Part shown: piece by piece, positions 8,302-17,438 of the stretch | How the letters are laid out: each line of letters starts with the position of its first letter | Numbering within the stretch: position 1 is the first letter of the stretch | Assembly (NCBI GenBank): GCA_026713545.1 | Contig: JAPOOG010000073.1 | Span: 4,184-68,183, forward strand | Source of the DNA: Bryobacterales bacterium | GTDB lineage: Bacteria > Acidobacteriota > Terriglobia > Bryobacterales > UBA6623 | Length of the DNA: 64,000 nt | Reading direction: 5' to 3' | The notes under the pieces: generated by a model | The model's database searches: none | The model's input: the letters and a program-made list of their open reading frames with translations, nothing else | Told to the model about the DNA's origin: nothing | Translations under genes and position numbers: made by a program

Positions 8302-10401
8302 TCAGACCGCCGCGGTCACCAGCAGATTGCCGTAGCGGTCGACCTGGGCTCGAAAGCCGGGATGGATCAACGAGGTGGAATCGATCTCCTCGACAATCGC
8401 AGGGCCAGGGAAGGTGTGGCCGGGGCTCAAGCGATAGCGGTCATAGACCGCTGTCTGTTGCAAGTCCTTGGTTTCGGCGAAGAATACTTGCCGCACCTCG
8501 CGCAGGGCATCTTCCGTATTGCTGGACCGGCTGGAGAGTTCACGGAGTTTCGGACGAGTGAGCAGGCCGGTCGCAGTCACCCGGAAGTTGACAAACTCGA
8601 CGCTCTCTTCGGGATAGCCATGCCCATAGGCACGTTCATGTTCCTGATGGAAGCCGGCGATGACGGCATCAACCGTGCTCCGGCTCAGCGGTCCGTCCGG
8701 CCAGGGAATCGGTATCTCATGAGACTGACCTACATAGCGCGCTTCCACCTCCCGCTGGAAGCGCATCTTCTCAGGAAGGATGCCTTCTTGGGCCAAGGTG
8801 CACTTCCCTGCGTCCTGCAGCGCCGTGAAGGTGCTGCTGATTTCTTCCAGATCGAGGTTGTCGGGCGTGATGAGGAAGGTGTGCGAATAGACATGCTTGA
8901 GATCACTGACCAGCAGTCCGAGCGCCGAGGTCGTACCGGGACTGGGGGGGATCACCAACAGCGGGATCTTCATCTCCGCCAGCAGGCGATTGGCATGCAG
9001 CGGGGCGGCGCCGCCGAACGCCACCATCGCCAGATCACGCGGATCGTAACCACGGCGAACGGAGACCAGCCGCAACGCGTTGATCATGGCGGCGTTCGCG
9101 ATTTCCACGACGCCGTTGGCCGTCGCCATCGCGTCCAGTCCCAAGGGCTTGCCACAACTCTCCAGCGCCGCATGGGCCGCGTCCGCGTCAAGTTCCATCT
9201 CTCCACCGAGAAAGTAGTGAGGGTTGATGCGCCCCAGAACCAGGTTGGCGTCGGTGATGGTGGGTTGCTGTCCGCCCTGTCCGTAGCAGATCGGACCCGG
9301 GTCGGCGCCGGCGCTGCGCGGTCCTACCCGCAGAATGCCACCCGAGTCGACCCAGGCGATGCTGCCGCCGCCGGCGCCAATCTCGACCAGATCAATGACC
9401 GGGATGCGAATCGGATAGCCGTTTCCCCGCAACTGACCGACTCCGGGAAGCGCCTCGCTGCCCACCTCATACTCCTTGGTCACCTTCGGCTGGCCATCGA
9501 GGATGAGTCCCGTCTTGGTGGTAGTCCCGCCCATGTCGAGTGAGATCAAATCCCGGCGCCCCAGGGCGCGGGCGACAAAGTTCGCCGCGATGACACCCGC
9601 CGCCGGTCCGGATTCGACCATGTAGACCGGTTTTTCCGCGGCCGTATCGAAGCTCAGAACACCGCCGTTGGATTGCATCACCAAGAGTTCCGACTGCATC
9701 CGCCGGTTTGTCAGTTCGCTCGCGATGCCATTGAGGTAGGAGGCAACGACCGGGCGCAAACAGGCGTTCACGACAGTAGTGCTGGCCCGAAAATACTCGC
9801 GGAACTCGGGCAGAACATCTGAAGAAAGCGAGACGACAAGCCCGGGAATGTGCTCCAGCAGGATATCCCGGACGCGTCGTTCATGATCGGGATTGAGGTA
9901 GGAATGGAGCAAGCAGACGGCAACGGAACTGACGGCTTCTTTTTGGAGTTGCCTGGCGATCTCGATCACCGAGGCGGCATCAAAAGGAATCAGCACATGG
10001 CCGCCGGCATCGAGTCTTTCCTGGACTTCATATGCCAAGTTGCGGGGCACCAGCGGCCGCGGCTTCGTGAAGTGCACATCGTAGAGCGAGGGTCTGACCT
10101 GGCGAGCGATTTCGAGCATGTCACCGAAGCCCGCGGTGGTGATAAAGGCGGTCTTGGGCGTTTTGGCTTCGATGAGCGCATTGGTGGCGACGGTGGTACC
10201 GTGCACCAGATAGGCAATGCTTTCCGGATCGAGGTTGGTCTTTTCCACTACGCGAGTGAGGGCTGTGATAAAGCCGACGGAGGGGTCCTCGGGGGTCGAA
10301 GGCACCTTGGCGATGTGCAGTTCGCCCGTGTGTTCGGAAAGCAAGACCGCGTCGGTGAAGGTTCCGCCGACATCGATGCCCAAACGGTAGGAGTCAGGCA
10401 T
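8302..10401 (-). CDS. hyuA: Hydantoinase/oxoprolinase A-type subunit (HyuA family), orphan copy
   Basis: 699-aa ORF starting MPDSYRLGIDVGGTFTDAVL (ASKHA ATPase phosphate-1 motif). Colinear with the 37078-39195 product. No B subunit is adjacent. Confidence 0.9.
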   Translation of the reverse strand: MPDSYRLGIDVGGTFTDAVLLSEHTGELHIAKVPSTPEDPSVGFITALTRVVEKTNLDPESIAYLVHGTTVATNALIEAKTPKTAFITTAGFGDMLEIARQVRPSLYDVHFTKPRPLVPRNLAYEVQERLDAGGHVLIPFDAASVIEIARQLQKEAVSSVAVCLLHSYLNPDHERRVRDILLEHIPGLVVSLSSDVLPEFREYFRASTTVVNACLRPVVASYLNGIASELTNRRMQSELLVMQSNGGVLSFDTAAEKPVYMVESGPAAGVIAANFVARALGRRDLISLDMGGTTTKTGLILDGQPKVTKEYEVGSEALPGVGQLRGNGYPIRIPVIDLVEIGAGGGSIAWVDSGGILRVGPRSAGADPGPICYGQGGQQPTITDANLVLGRINPHYFLGGEMELDADAAHAALESCGKPLGLDAMATANGVVEIANAAMINALRLVSVRRGYDPRDLAMVAFGGAAPLHANRLLAEMKIPLLVIPPSPGTTSALGLLVSDLKHVYSHTFLITPDNLDLEEISSTFTALQDAGKCTLAQEGILPEKMRFQREVEARYVGQSHEIPIPWPDGPLSRSTVDAVIAGFHQEHERAYGHGYPEESVEFVNFRVTATGLLTRPKLRELSSRSSNTEDALREVRQVFFAETKDLQQTAVYDRYRLSPGHTFPGPAIVEEIDSTSLIHPGFRAQVDRYGNLLVTAAV

Positions 10402-10546
10402 CTTCGGGGGTCCCGTTCCCTGGTCGGGCAGTAGCCACCGCAGCGAGTCTCCCTATCGATTCCGGCTGCGCGAACGAGCTTCCGGGCCATCCAGGCCCCG
10501 GCGGGGATATGCGGGGGGGATTGATCAACGTGCGCCCGAAGGCTGC

Positions 10547-11764
10547 ATGCAGTGCCATATTCTTCTTGTTCCGGCTCGTTATCAGCGGGCAGTGTACAAT
10601 GTCTCGTGCGCCGTGGCAACCCGGCGCGGGCGGAGCACAACCAAGCGCAGCGCCAGGGGGTCCATGATGACGGCTAGCCCAACAGCCCGTGTCAAAAGCC
10701 CCGCTGCATGCAAGCGGCGATGCATCCCGGCTGAACAGCGTTGTTCCTCGGTCGAATATGTCCAATATGCCCCATGGTGGCGCCTTGTCAGCCAGGCGCA
10801 GCGTCGTTCACGGTGCTACGCGGGCCGCTCTCGGCGCTACGCGGGGTTTCAACACGGGCTGCTAAGGCGGCTGCTCGCCGCTGTTTGTCTTGCGCCTGCT
10901 CTGCTGGCAGCCGACGTCCCGGTGCTGCAGACGCAATCCAGCCAGTGGGTCACGATCTCACACCCTGGGCTGGCGGCGAGCTGGAGGATCCAATTCCCCG
11001 AGGCGGTCGGGACCGCGGACTTCTTCCATCTGGTCTGGCACCCGATCCCGGCACACTGGCGGAGTGAGCCTGACGGGGCGATTGCCTATGACTGGCAGGC
11101 CTCCGGGGAGTGGATTCGCGAGGCCTCGGAGAAGGTGAATCTGCGAGGCTTTGCGCTCAAGCCGGGGATCGCTCTGCGGGCTCGGATGCGAGCCACGAGC
11201 GACAGGGTCGATCTGTCGCTGCGGTTGAAGAATCTCGGCCCCGCGCCGTTGAGACAGGTGTGGAGCGACGGCGGCGACTTGCAGCATCAGAGCGAGCGAT
11301 TCATCGACCTCGACGCCTCCCGCACGTTCATCCGTACGGCCGGCGGGCTGGTGCGCTTGTCGGAGACCGATCGGACACAGCGCATCCGGGCGCTGTACGT
11401 GTTTGATCCACTGTGGTACCGGGCACGGCGGGTACGGACGTGGGAATACTTCTGGGGCCGCAGCGACACGCGCCCCGTGGCCACGCTGGTTGCCGCCGAG
11501 GCTGATGGGGACGGCGGGGCCGTCGGCATCGGATACGAGCACGCCATCGGGCTGATGCAGAACTCCGACAGCCACCACTGCATGCACTCGGCGCCGTTTT
11601 TCGGGGACTTGGCGCCGGGGGAGGCGAGAGAGCGCCGCGGCGTGATTCTATTCGGGTCGAGTGTCGAAGAACTGTTCCAACGATTTGCGAAGCTGGGCTA
11701 CCGGCCCGACTTCACCCCTCCTGAGCCGGCGGCCTCATCGGGGCGGCCGGCGGAAAGGAAGTGA
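10547..11764 (+). CDS. Hypothetical protein, probably secreted (true start uncertain, likely near 10850)
   Basis: The region from about 10850 onward has real-protein composition (W/Y/F/D/E-rich, HHCMHS motif) and a signal-like LLRRLLAAVCLAPALLAA. The first roughly 300 nt of the ORF run through RepC and are probably not coding. Its stop lies 3 nt before the next gene's ATG. I recognise no family. Confidence 0.6.
   Translation: MQCHILLVPARYQRAVYNVSCAVATRRGRSTTKRSARGSMMTASPTARVKSPAACKRRCIPAEQRCSSVEYVQYAPWWRLVSQAQRRSRCYAGRSRRYAGFQHGLLRRLLAAVCLAPALLAADVPVLQTQSSQWVTISHPGLAASWRIQFPEAVGTADFFHLVWHPIPAHWRSEPDGAIAYDWQASGEWIREASEKVNLRGFALKPGIALRARMRATSDRVDLSLRLKNLGPAPLRQVWSDGGDLQHQSERFIDLDASRTFIRTAGGLVRLSETDRTQRIRALYVFDPLWYRARRVRTWEYFWGRSDTRPVATLVAAEADGDGGAVGIGYEHAIGLMQNSDSHHCMHSAPFFGDLAPGEARERRGVILFGSSVEELFQRFAKLGYRPDFTPPEPAASSGRPAERK
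10683..10861 (+). repeat. RepC copy 1 (179 bp, about 21-bp terminal inverted repeats)
   Basis: CAGCCCGTGTCAAAAGCCCCGC ... GCGGGGTTTCAACACGGGCTG. The body aligns with the reverse complement of 44135-44293. It contains an internal local duplication (GCTACGCGGG ... GCTACGCGGGG). Confidence 0.8.
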
Positions 11765-11767
11765 GCA

Positions 11768-12937
11768 ATGGACAAGAGCGCGGACGCCGTCGTGATCGGC
11801 GGCGGCATCATGGGAGCCGCCACGGCCCATTTTCTGGCCAAGCAGCAATTCGGCAAGGTGGTGCTGCTGGAGAAGAGCAAGCTGGCGGCGGTGAGCACGG
11901 GCCACTCGGCGGCGATCGTACGGACGTTCTACTCCAATCCGCTGACCTTGCGGCTGGCGTTGCGGGCGCGGGAGATGTTCGAGAACGCCGAGCAGGAGTT
12001 GGGGGGCGACTGCGAGTTCCGGCGCACCGGCTATTGCTGCATCTTTGCGGAGAAGGCGGCTGCGACGGGCGAGCAGTTGCTGGCGATCGAGCGGCCGGCG
12101 GGGGTGCTGGCGGAGCGGGTTACGCGCGCTCAGGTCCAGGAGCTGGCGCCGCTGCTCAACGTCGACGACGTGCTGTTCGGGATCTACGAGCCGCTTTCCG
12201 GATACGTCAATCCGGTCAAGACGACGGCGAATCTGGTGGGCCGCGCGAAGGACTGGGGCCTGCGGGCTTACGAAGGAGTCCGGGCGACGCGCATCGGTTT
12301 CGAGGCAGGGCGGGTGACGGCCGTCGAGACCGATCAGGGGACGATCGCAACCGGGGTGGCGGTCAACGCCGCGGGCGGCTGGGGGCGCGCGCTGGGGCTG
12401 ACGGTGGGGCTGAACTACTCATTGCGCTGGAGCCGCGAGACCGATCTGGTCCTGCAACGGCCGCCGGGCTGCGGGAGCTTCCCGGTGATCGCCGACCCCA
12501 ACCTGCAGGTCTACCTGCGGCCGCACGGCGACGATCAGGTGCTGGCCGGGCTGGGGCCGCCCAAGGAGATCGAGCCGCTCGACATCGACGACTACGATCC
12601 GTTGATCGACGACGCGCAGCGGAGCCGCATCGAGAAGGGGGTGTTTGAAAGGATGCCGGCGCTGCGGGAACAGCAGTATGTGAAGGGCTGGGCCTCGATG
12701 TATACCGTCACGGATGACTGGCATCCGCTGATCGGCCCCGAGCCGGGCCTGGAGGGCTACTATGCGGCGTTCGGGGGCAGCGGGCACGGCTTCAAGCTGG
12801 GACCGCCGATCGCCGAGTCGCTGAGCAAGATGATCGCCGGGCTCGAACCGGAGATCGATATCCACGCCTTCCGGCCCCATCGCTTCATCGAAGGGGAACT
12901 GTTTACCTCCGCCTGGGGCAGCGGCAACCGCGCCTGA
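11768..12937 (+). CDS. FAD-dependent oxidoreductase (DAO / sarcosine-oxidase-beta / D-amino-acid dehydrogenase family)
   Basis: N-terminal DAVVIGGGIMGAATAHFLA dinucleotide-binding motif, 389 aa, SD-like AAGGAAG upstream. Confidence 0.85.
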   Translation: MDKSADAVVIGGGIMGAATAHFLAKQQFGKVVLLEKSKLAAVSTGHSAAIVRTFYSNPLTLRLALRAREMFENAEQELGGDCEFRRTGYCCIFAEKAAATGEQLLAIERPAGVLAERVTRAQVQELAPLLNVDDVLFGIYEPLSGYVNPVKTTANLVGRAKDWGLRAYEGVRATRIGFEAGRVTAVETDQGTIATGVAVNAAGGWGRALGLTVGLNYSLRWSRETDLVLQRPPGCGSFPVIADPNLQVYLRPHGDDQVLAGLGPPKEIEPLDIDDYDPLIDDAQRSRIEKGVFERMPALREQQYVKGWASMYTVTDDWHPLIGPEPGLEGYYAAFGGSGHGFKLGPPIAESLSKMIAGLEPEIDIHAFRPHRFIEGELFTSAWGSGNRA

Positions 12938-13024
12938 CCGTCACCCTGCATCATCCGATTCACACATTGCGATGGTCGCCCTTCTTGTAATCGGACTTAC
13001 TGTGCTTTCGGGCGTCCCGGACAG

Positions 13025-14674
13025 GTGATGACGAATCTCGACTGGGCCATCGTCGCAGGCCTGATGTTGCTGGTCTTCGGCTTTGCCGGGAACCGCTCGC
13101 GAAAGACCAGGACCAACGTGGACTGGTTCCTCGGGGGCCGCACCCTGCCGTTCTGGATGGTGGGCGTATCGATGTTCGCCACAAGCGTCGACGGCGGCGA
13201 GTACATCGCCATGAACGGCGCCACCTATAAGGACGGCCTGGTGATGATCAGCGGACTCATCTTCGGTGTCGGCGTGGGCGGCGTGATCGCGGCCTTTCTT
13301 GTTGTGCCGACGATGTACCGCACGGGGCTGTTCACCAACGCCGAGTATCTCGAGGGCCGCTACGGTCCCGGCATGCGGGTCATCAGCGCTCTGGTCCAGA
13401 TCCAGTACCGAACAAGCGCTCTGGCCGTCGTCGCCGTCGCCTTGCACCTGGTCTTTACCGAAGTCGTGCATCTCGACTCGCAAGCCGCCTGGTTGCTGGT
13501 CGTGATCGTGGCTGCCGGGACGACCCTGTATTCAGCTTGGGGCGGCTTGAAGACCGTCGCCGCGGCGGATGTCTTGCTGAGCGCGATGATGTTATCGGCC
13601 ATCGTCGTGCTGTGGCTGTCCATCTGGCAGGAAGTCGGAGGTCTCCAAGGCGCCACCGAGGCACTCGTGAGGCAGGAAGGAGCCGCCCAGGCCGAGACGC
13701 TGTTGCGGATGGGCGGACAGCGTGCCGGACGAAGCCCCGCCGCCGTCGTAGTGATCGGATGGTGCTTGATCGCCGTGGGGTATTTCGTCGTCAACCATAC
13801 CCAGACCATGAAGATGTTCGGGGCCCGCTCGATGTGGGACCTGAGGATGAGCGTGGTCGTCGGCAGCGGCCTGATCATTCTGTCAGGCTACTTCAGTTCC
13901 ACGCTGGGCATTTTCGGAAGGGCGCTGTCGCCCGGATTGGCGCAGCCCGACCTCATCTACCCCCGCCTGGTCGATCAGTACCTTGGCAGCGGTGTCAAGG
14001 GAATCGTCGTAGCCGGGGTGATAGCCTCGGCCGTAAGTACATTCGAAGGGATCGGGGCAGCTCTTTCGGCCGTCTTTACTCGCGACATCTATGGCCGGTT
14101 TCTTGTTACCGGGGCCAAGGAGAGCCATTACCTGGCGGTCAGCCGCGCCGCCACGATCATGATCGTGGCCGTGTCATTCGCCTATGTTCCGTTCATCCTC
14201 GTCTCGTCGAACATCGTTGATTTCTTCGTGCGCATCACCAGCGTGTTCGTCACCCCGTTGATGACCGTTTATCTGATGGGAGTATTGACCCCGATGCATC
14301 GACGCAGCGGTCTCGTGGGGTTGATCGCCGGTGCGGTCTATGGGTTGGCGGCATCCAATCTGGGGGGCAGCGCCGACGCACCCGGTCTGCTGCCTTTCTG
14401 GTTGACGGAGAGATTCGCCGCCTATTCGTGGAGCGTGGGAATCACCGCGGCGGCAATGCTCGCTGCTTCGCTGCTGCTTGGCTGGAATCAACAGGAGACT
14501 CGACCCGCAGCTCGCCCATCCGCCTGGCCCTCCCACTCAGGCGAGGCGCTGCCGGAGATGGTTGCCTCGCCGTTCGCCGCAAGTAGACGAATTCCCTGGT
14601 GGGCCCAACCGGCTCTTTCAGCCGCACTCTTGGTGACGGCATCGGGGTTTATGGTCTTCGGCGTCCTGTGGTGA
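13025..14674 (+). CDS. Sodium:solute symporter (SSS) family transporter
   Basis: 549-aa polytopic membrane protein with the FLGGRTLPFWMVGVSMFATSV SSS signature region. Confidence 0.85.
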   Translation: MMTNLDWAIVAGLMLLVFGFAGNRSRKTRTNVDWFLGGRTLPFWMVGVSMFATSVDGGEYIAMNGATYKDGLVMISGLIFGVGVGGVIAAFLVVPTMYRTGLFTNAEYLEGRYGPGMRVISALVQIQYRTSALAVVAVALHLVFTEVVHLDSQAAWLLVVIVAAGTTLYSAWGGLKTVAAADVLLSAMMLSAIVVLWLSIWQEVGGLQGATEALVRQEGAAQAETLLRMGGQRAGRSPAAVVVIGWCLIAVGYFVVNHTQTMKMFGARSMWDLRMSVVVGSGLIILSGYFSSTLGIFGRALSPGLAQPDLIYPRLVDQYLGSGVKGIVVAGVIASAVSTFEGIGAALSAVFTRDIYGRFLVTGAKESHYLAVSRAATIMIVAVSFAYVPFILVSSNIVDFFVRITSVFVTPLMTVYLMGVLTPMHRRSGLVGLIAGAVYGLAASNLGGSADAPGLLPFWLTERFAAYSWSVGITAAAMLAASLLLGWNQQETRPAARPSAWPSHSGEALPEMVASPFAASRRIPWWAQPALSAALLVTASGFMVFGVLW

Positions 14675-14856
14675 GGATGATCTTGTCCTGATCGCCATGG
14701 AGCGCGAACGAGCGACGCCTTCATGAACCAAAGACAGCCCTTCCCCGCCTGTCCCCGACATCCACTGACTCCACCTGGTGAACTGCTTTAACGGATGCGT
14801 CACTGTACCTCGACCGACAGCCGGTCCGTCTCCCCGCCGGCTGGAATGGCCGCTTT

Positions 14857-15351
14857 TTGAGCTGCGAAATTGACGGCCTGTCTGATCTATGGCTAAACTG
14901 GCGGATAGTGCGGGTCTTGTCTTCGAGAGCCACCCCTTTTTACCGGTTTTTCACGCCTCTGGCGTGGTTTCTATTGTTGGTGTTCTTCGCGCCTTTTATC
15001 AAAGCCGCAACTGACTACTACGAGATAATCCTCGGTGTTGCCGTCCTCGGGGCGTGTTTGTTCTTCTGGCACGGCTCCCGGCTCCGCAAGGTAATCCAGG
15101 ACCATGACGTACTTATCATCTCCAACTATTCGCGCGACGTAAGTGTTCCGCTGACCTCGATATCACAGGTAAAAGGAAGCCGCTGGGCAAAGACAAAGGA
15201 CGTCATCATCACCTTTGACCATGACATCGGATTCGGAGACAAGGTCGTCTTCGTGCCGAAGACAAGATGGCTGTGGCCTTGGCAAGAGCATCCGATTGCA
15301 GCGGAAATGCGGAAACTGGCAGGTATCGCCGAGACGAACGCCCGCGGATGA
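14857..15351 (+). CDS. Hypothetical small membrane protein (two predicted TM helices plus a soluble C-terminal domain)
   Basis: 164-aa ORF in a locally GC-poorer stretch with many A/T-ending codons. Hydrophobic segments LAWFLLLVFFAPFI and IILGVAVLGACLFFW. Start uncertain (TTG 14857 or GTG about 14908). No family recognised. Confidence 0.4.
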   Translation: MSCEIDGLSDLWLNWRIVRVLSSRATPFYRFFTPLAWFLLLVFFAPFIKAATDYYEIILGVAVLGACLFFWHGSRLRKVIQDHDVLIISNYSRDVSVPLTSISQVKGSRWAKTKDVIITFDHDIGFGDKVVFVPKTRWLWPWQEHPIAAEMRKLAGIAETNARG

Positions 15352-15369
15352 ACCTGTTAGCAGTTCGTG

Positions 15370-15404
15370 GCAGAAGTCCCGTGGAAGGCGCGGCGGACTT
15401 CTGC
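15370..15404 (+). other. Perfect 10-bp stem hairpin (GCAGAAGTCC-15 nt-GGACTTCTGC), 19 nt after the hypothetical gene's stop
   Basis: Arms are exact reverse complements. No U-tract follows, so it is not a canonical intrinsic terminator. Confidence 0.3.
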
Positions 15405-15849
15405 GGTCGATCGGCGCGAAGTGAGGAGGATGACGGTCCGGGTGATCTCCTCCGACGAACGACAAAGCCGACGACCTCAAATGTCCGTCGCCCAAAGGGT
15501 TACGCGCCACTCCCACTCGGCTTCGAAGAAAAAACGCGGAGAGCGCGGCGCCACGTTCCTGGAACGGCTAGGCGTTACGCCATCAGCCCCGGGGCGTGTA
15601 ACGCTGCCCGCGTGACTTTTGCCACGGGCTGTTAGCTCATCTCCTCTAACAGCAACCCAGGTTTCTTTGCAGGTCGTCGAAGGGGACGGCTTCTTATGGT
15701 GAAAAATCAAGCAGGTGGCGACACGGACTGTGTTCTGCTTGGTCGATGAACACGGTGCAGGGTCAATGTAGCAGAACCCGAGCGACCAAAGAACTTTCTC
15801 ACTCGGTGGTGCATTACTCTTGCAAATCAGGCCTCCCGGTGACAGGCTC

Positions 15850-15878
15850 TTGAGCGAATGTTGAAGCGGAGATAGAAT
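15850..15878 (+). promoter_or_regulatory. Candidate sigma70-type promoter (TTGAGC-17 nt-TAGAAT) for the 15923 aminotransferase gene
   Basis: Hexamers and spacing read from the sequence, in an AT-richer intergenic stretch about 45 nt upstream of the ATG. Confidence 0.4.
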
Positions 15879-15922
15879 TAATCAGGTGATTTTGGGTAGA
15901 TACTTTCTACAGGAACATTCGC

Positions 15923-17305
15923 ATGTCAACTGTAAGCGATGCGCCGGCGGCCTACGCTGCCAACTGTGTGAATTCGACGGCTTGGTTTGAACGTGCGTCA
16001 CGGGTTCTCGCGGGAAAGGTGGGTCATGATCTGCGGTACGCCACACCCTTACCGATGTATATCGAACGGGGGAAAGGAGGCCGCAAATGGGATGTCGATG
16101 GCAAGGAGTTCGTCGATTTCCTGATGGGGAACGGAGCGCTGCTGCTGGGCCATGCGGCGCCTGAAGTCCTCGAGGCCATTGCCGCGGTCATGGACCGGGG
16201 AACGCATTTCGGAAACGACCACCCCTTGCAGATCGAATGGGCCGAGTTGGTTCAAAGGCTGGTTCCTTCAGCGGAGCGGGTGCGGTTTGTCAACTCGGGG
16301 TCCGAGGCGACCCTGTTGGCCATCCGGGTCGCGCGCGCCTTCACCCGGCGCACCAAACTGTTGCGGTTTGAAGGACATTTTCACGGCTGGCACGACGACG
16401 TGGTGCACGGTTTCCAGCCTCCGTTCGATGCCGACGGATCGCTCGGAGTCCCTGGCAGTGTGAGAGGAAACATCGTCGCGATCCCCGACGGGGACCTGCA
16501 ATTGGTCGAGGACACTCTTGCTAGCCATGTGGAAATCGGCGCAGCCATCCTTGAGCCGTCCGGAGCTTCCTGGGGGCGCGTTACGATTGATCCCGATTTC
16601 TTGCGGGGACTGCGTGATATTTGCACCCGCCATGGCGTCGTGCTGATTTTCGACGAGGTGGTCACCGGTTTCCGCTTCAGCCCCGGCGGGGCGCAAGAAC
16701 TATACGGCGTCTTGCCGGATCTCTCGTGCTTCGCAAAGATCCTTGCGGGCGCCATGCCGGGAGGCGCGGTTGTTGGACGCGCCGACGTCATGAAGGTGCT
16801 CGATCAAACCGGGGATCCGCAGCACGACCGCTTTGAGCGTGTGACTCACCTCGGGACCTTCAACGCGTCTCCGCTTGCGGCCGCCGCCGGCGTCGCCGTC
16901 CTCAAGCAAGTGGCGACAGGTCAGCCCATCGAGAAGGCAAACGCGATCACCAGGAAACTTCACGTAGCTTGGGAGAACGTGCTGGAGAGACACGGCATTG
17001 CCGGCTATGTCTACGGCCCATGCTCGACCTTTCACGTTTACTTTGAAACCGATCAAACCAGAATCCGTGACGTGAAATCACGGCAGGATCTTTATACGAC
17101 CGACGCCAAAAGGCTGAAGGGGATGCCGGGGCAACTGATCAAGGAGTACCAGCGGCGCCTCCGATATCACGGCGTCGACAACATGAGTTCGACCGGAGGT
17201 GCGCTCTGCTCGGCTCACACCGAGCGTGATATCGAAGATGCGACAGAGGCCTTCGAGAAGACGGTCGTGGCCCTGCGGGAACAGGGACTGATCCACACGC
17301 TGTGA
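15923..17305 (+). CDS. Class III aminotransferase, glutamate-1-semialdehyde 2,1-aminomutase-like subfamily
   Basis: 460-aa ORF with D(V/F)DGKEFVDFLMGNGALLLGHA, FVNSGSEATLLAIRVARA and LIFDEVVTGFR blocks. Confidence 0.85.
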   Translation: MSTVSDAPAAYAANCVNSTAWFERASRVLAGKVGHDLRYATPLPMYIERGKGGRKWDVDGKEFVDFLMGNGALLLGHAAPEVLEAIAAVMDRGTHFGNDHPLQIEWAELVQRLVPSAERVRFVNSGSEATLLAIRVARAFTRRTKLLRFEGHFHGWHDDVVHGFQPPFDADGSLGVPGSVRGNIVAIPDGDLQLVEDTLASHVEIGAAILEPSGASWGRVTIDPDFLRGLRDICTRHGVVLIFDEVVTGFRFSPGGAQELYGVLPDLSCFAKILAGAMPGGAVVGRADVMKVLDQTGDPQHDRFERVTHLGTFNASPLAAAAGVAVLKQVATGQPIEKANAITRKLHVAWENVLERHGIAGYVYGPCSTFHVYFETDQTRIRDVKSRQDLYTTDAKRLKGMPGQLIKEYQRRLRYHGVDNMSSTGGALCSAHTERDIEDATEAFEKTVVALREQGLIHTL

Positions 17306-17438
17306 CGCCGATCGAGTTCAAGGCAGGAGTGCTAGCGAGGAAGTCCTCAGACCGACAAGCCGGACAACTGATCGTCGCGTCAACTTGACTCGAAGGTGAA
17401 CCTTGGCAGCGAAGAAAAAAACTAGCGGGGCGAACCTG

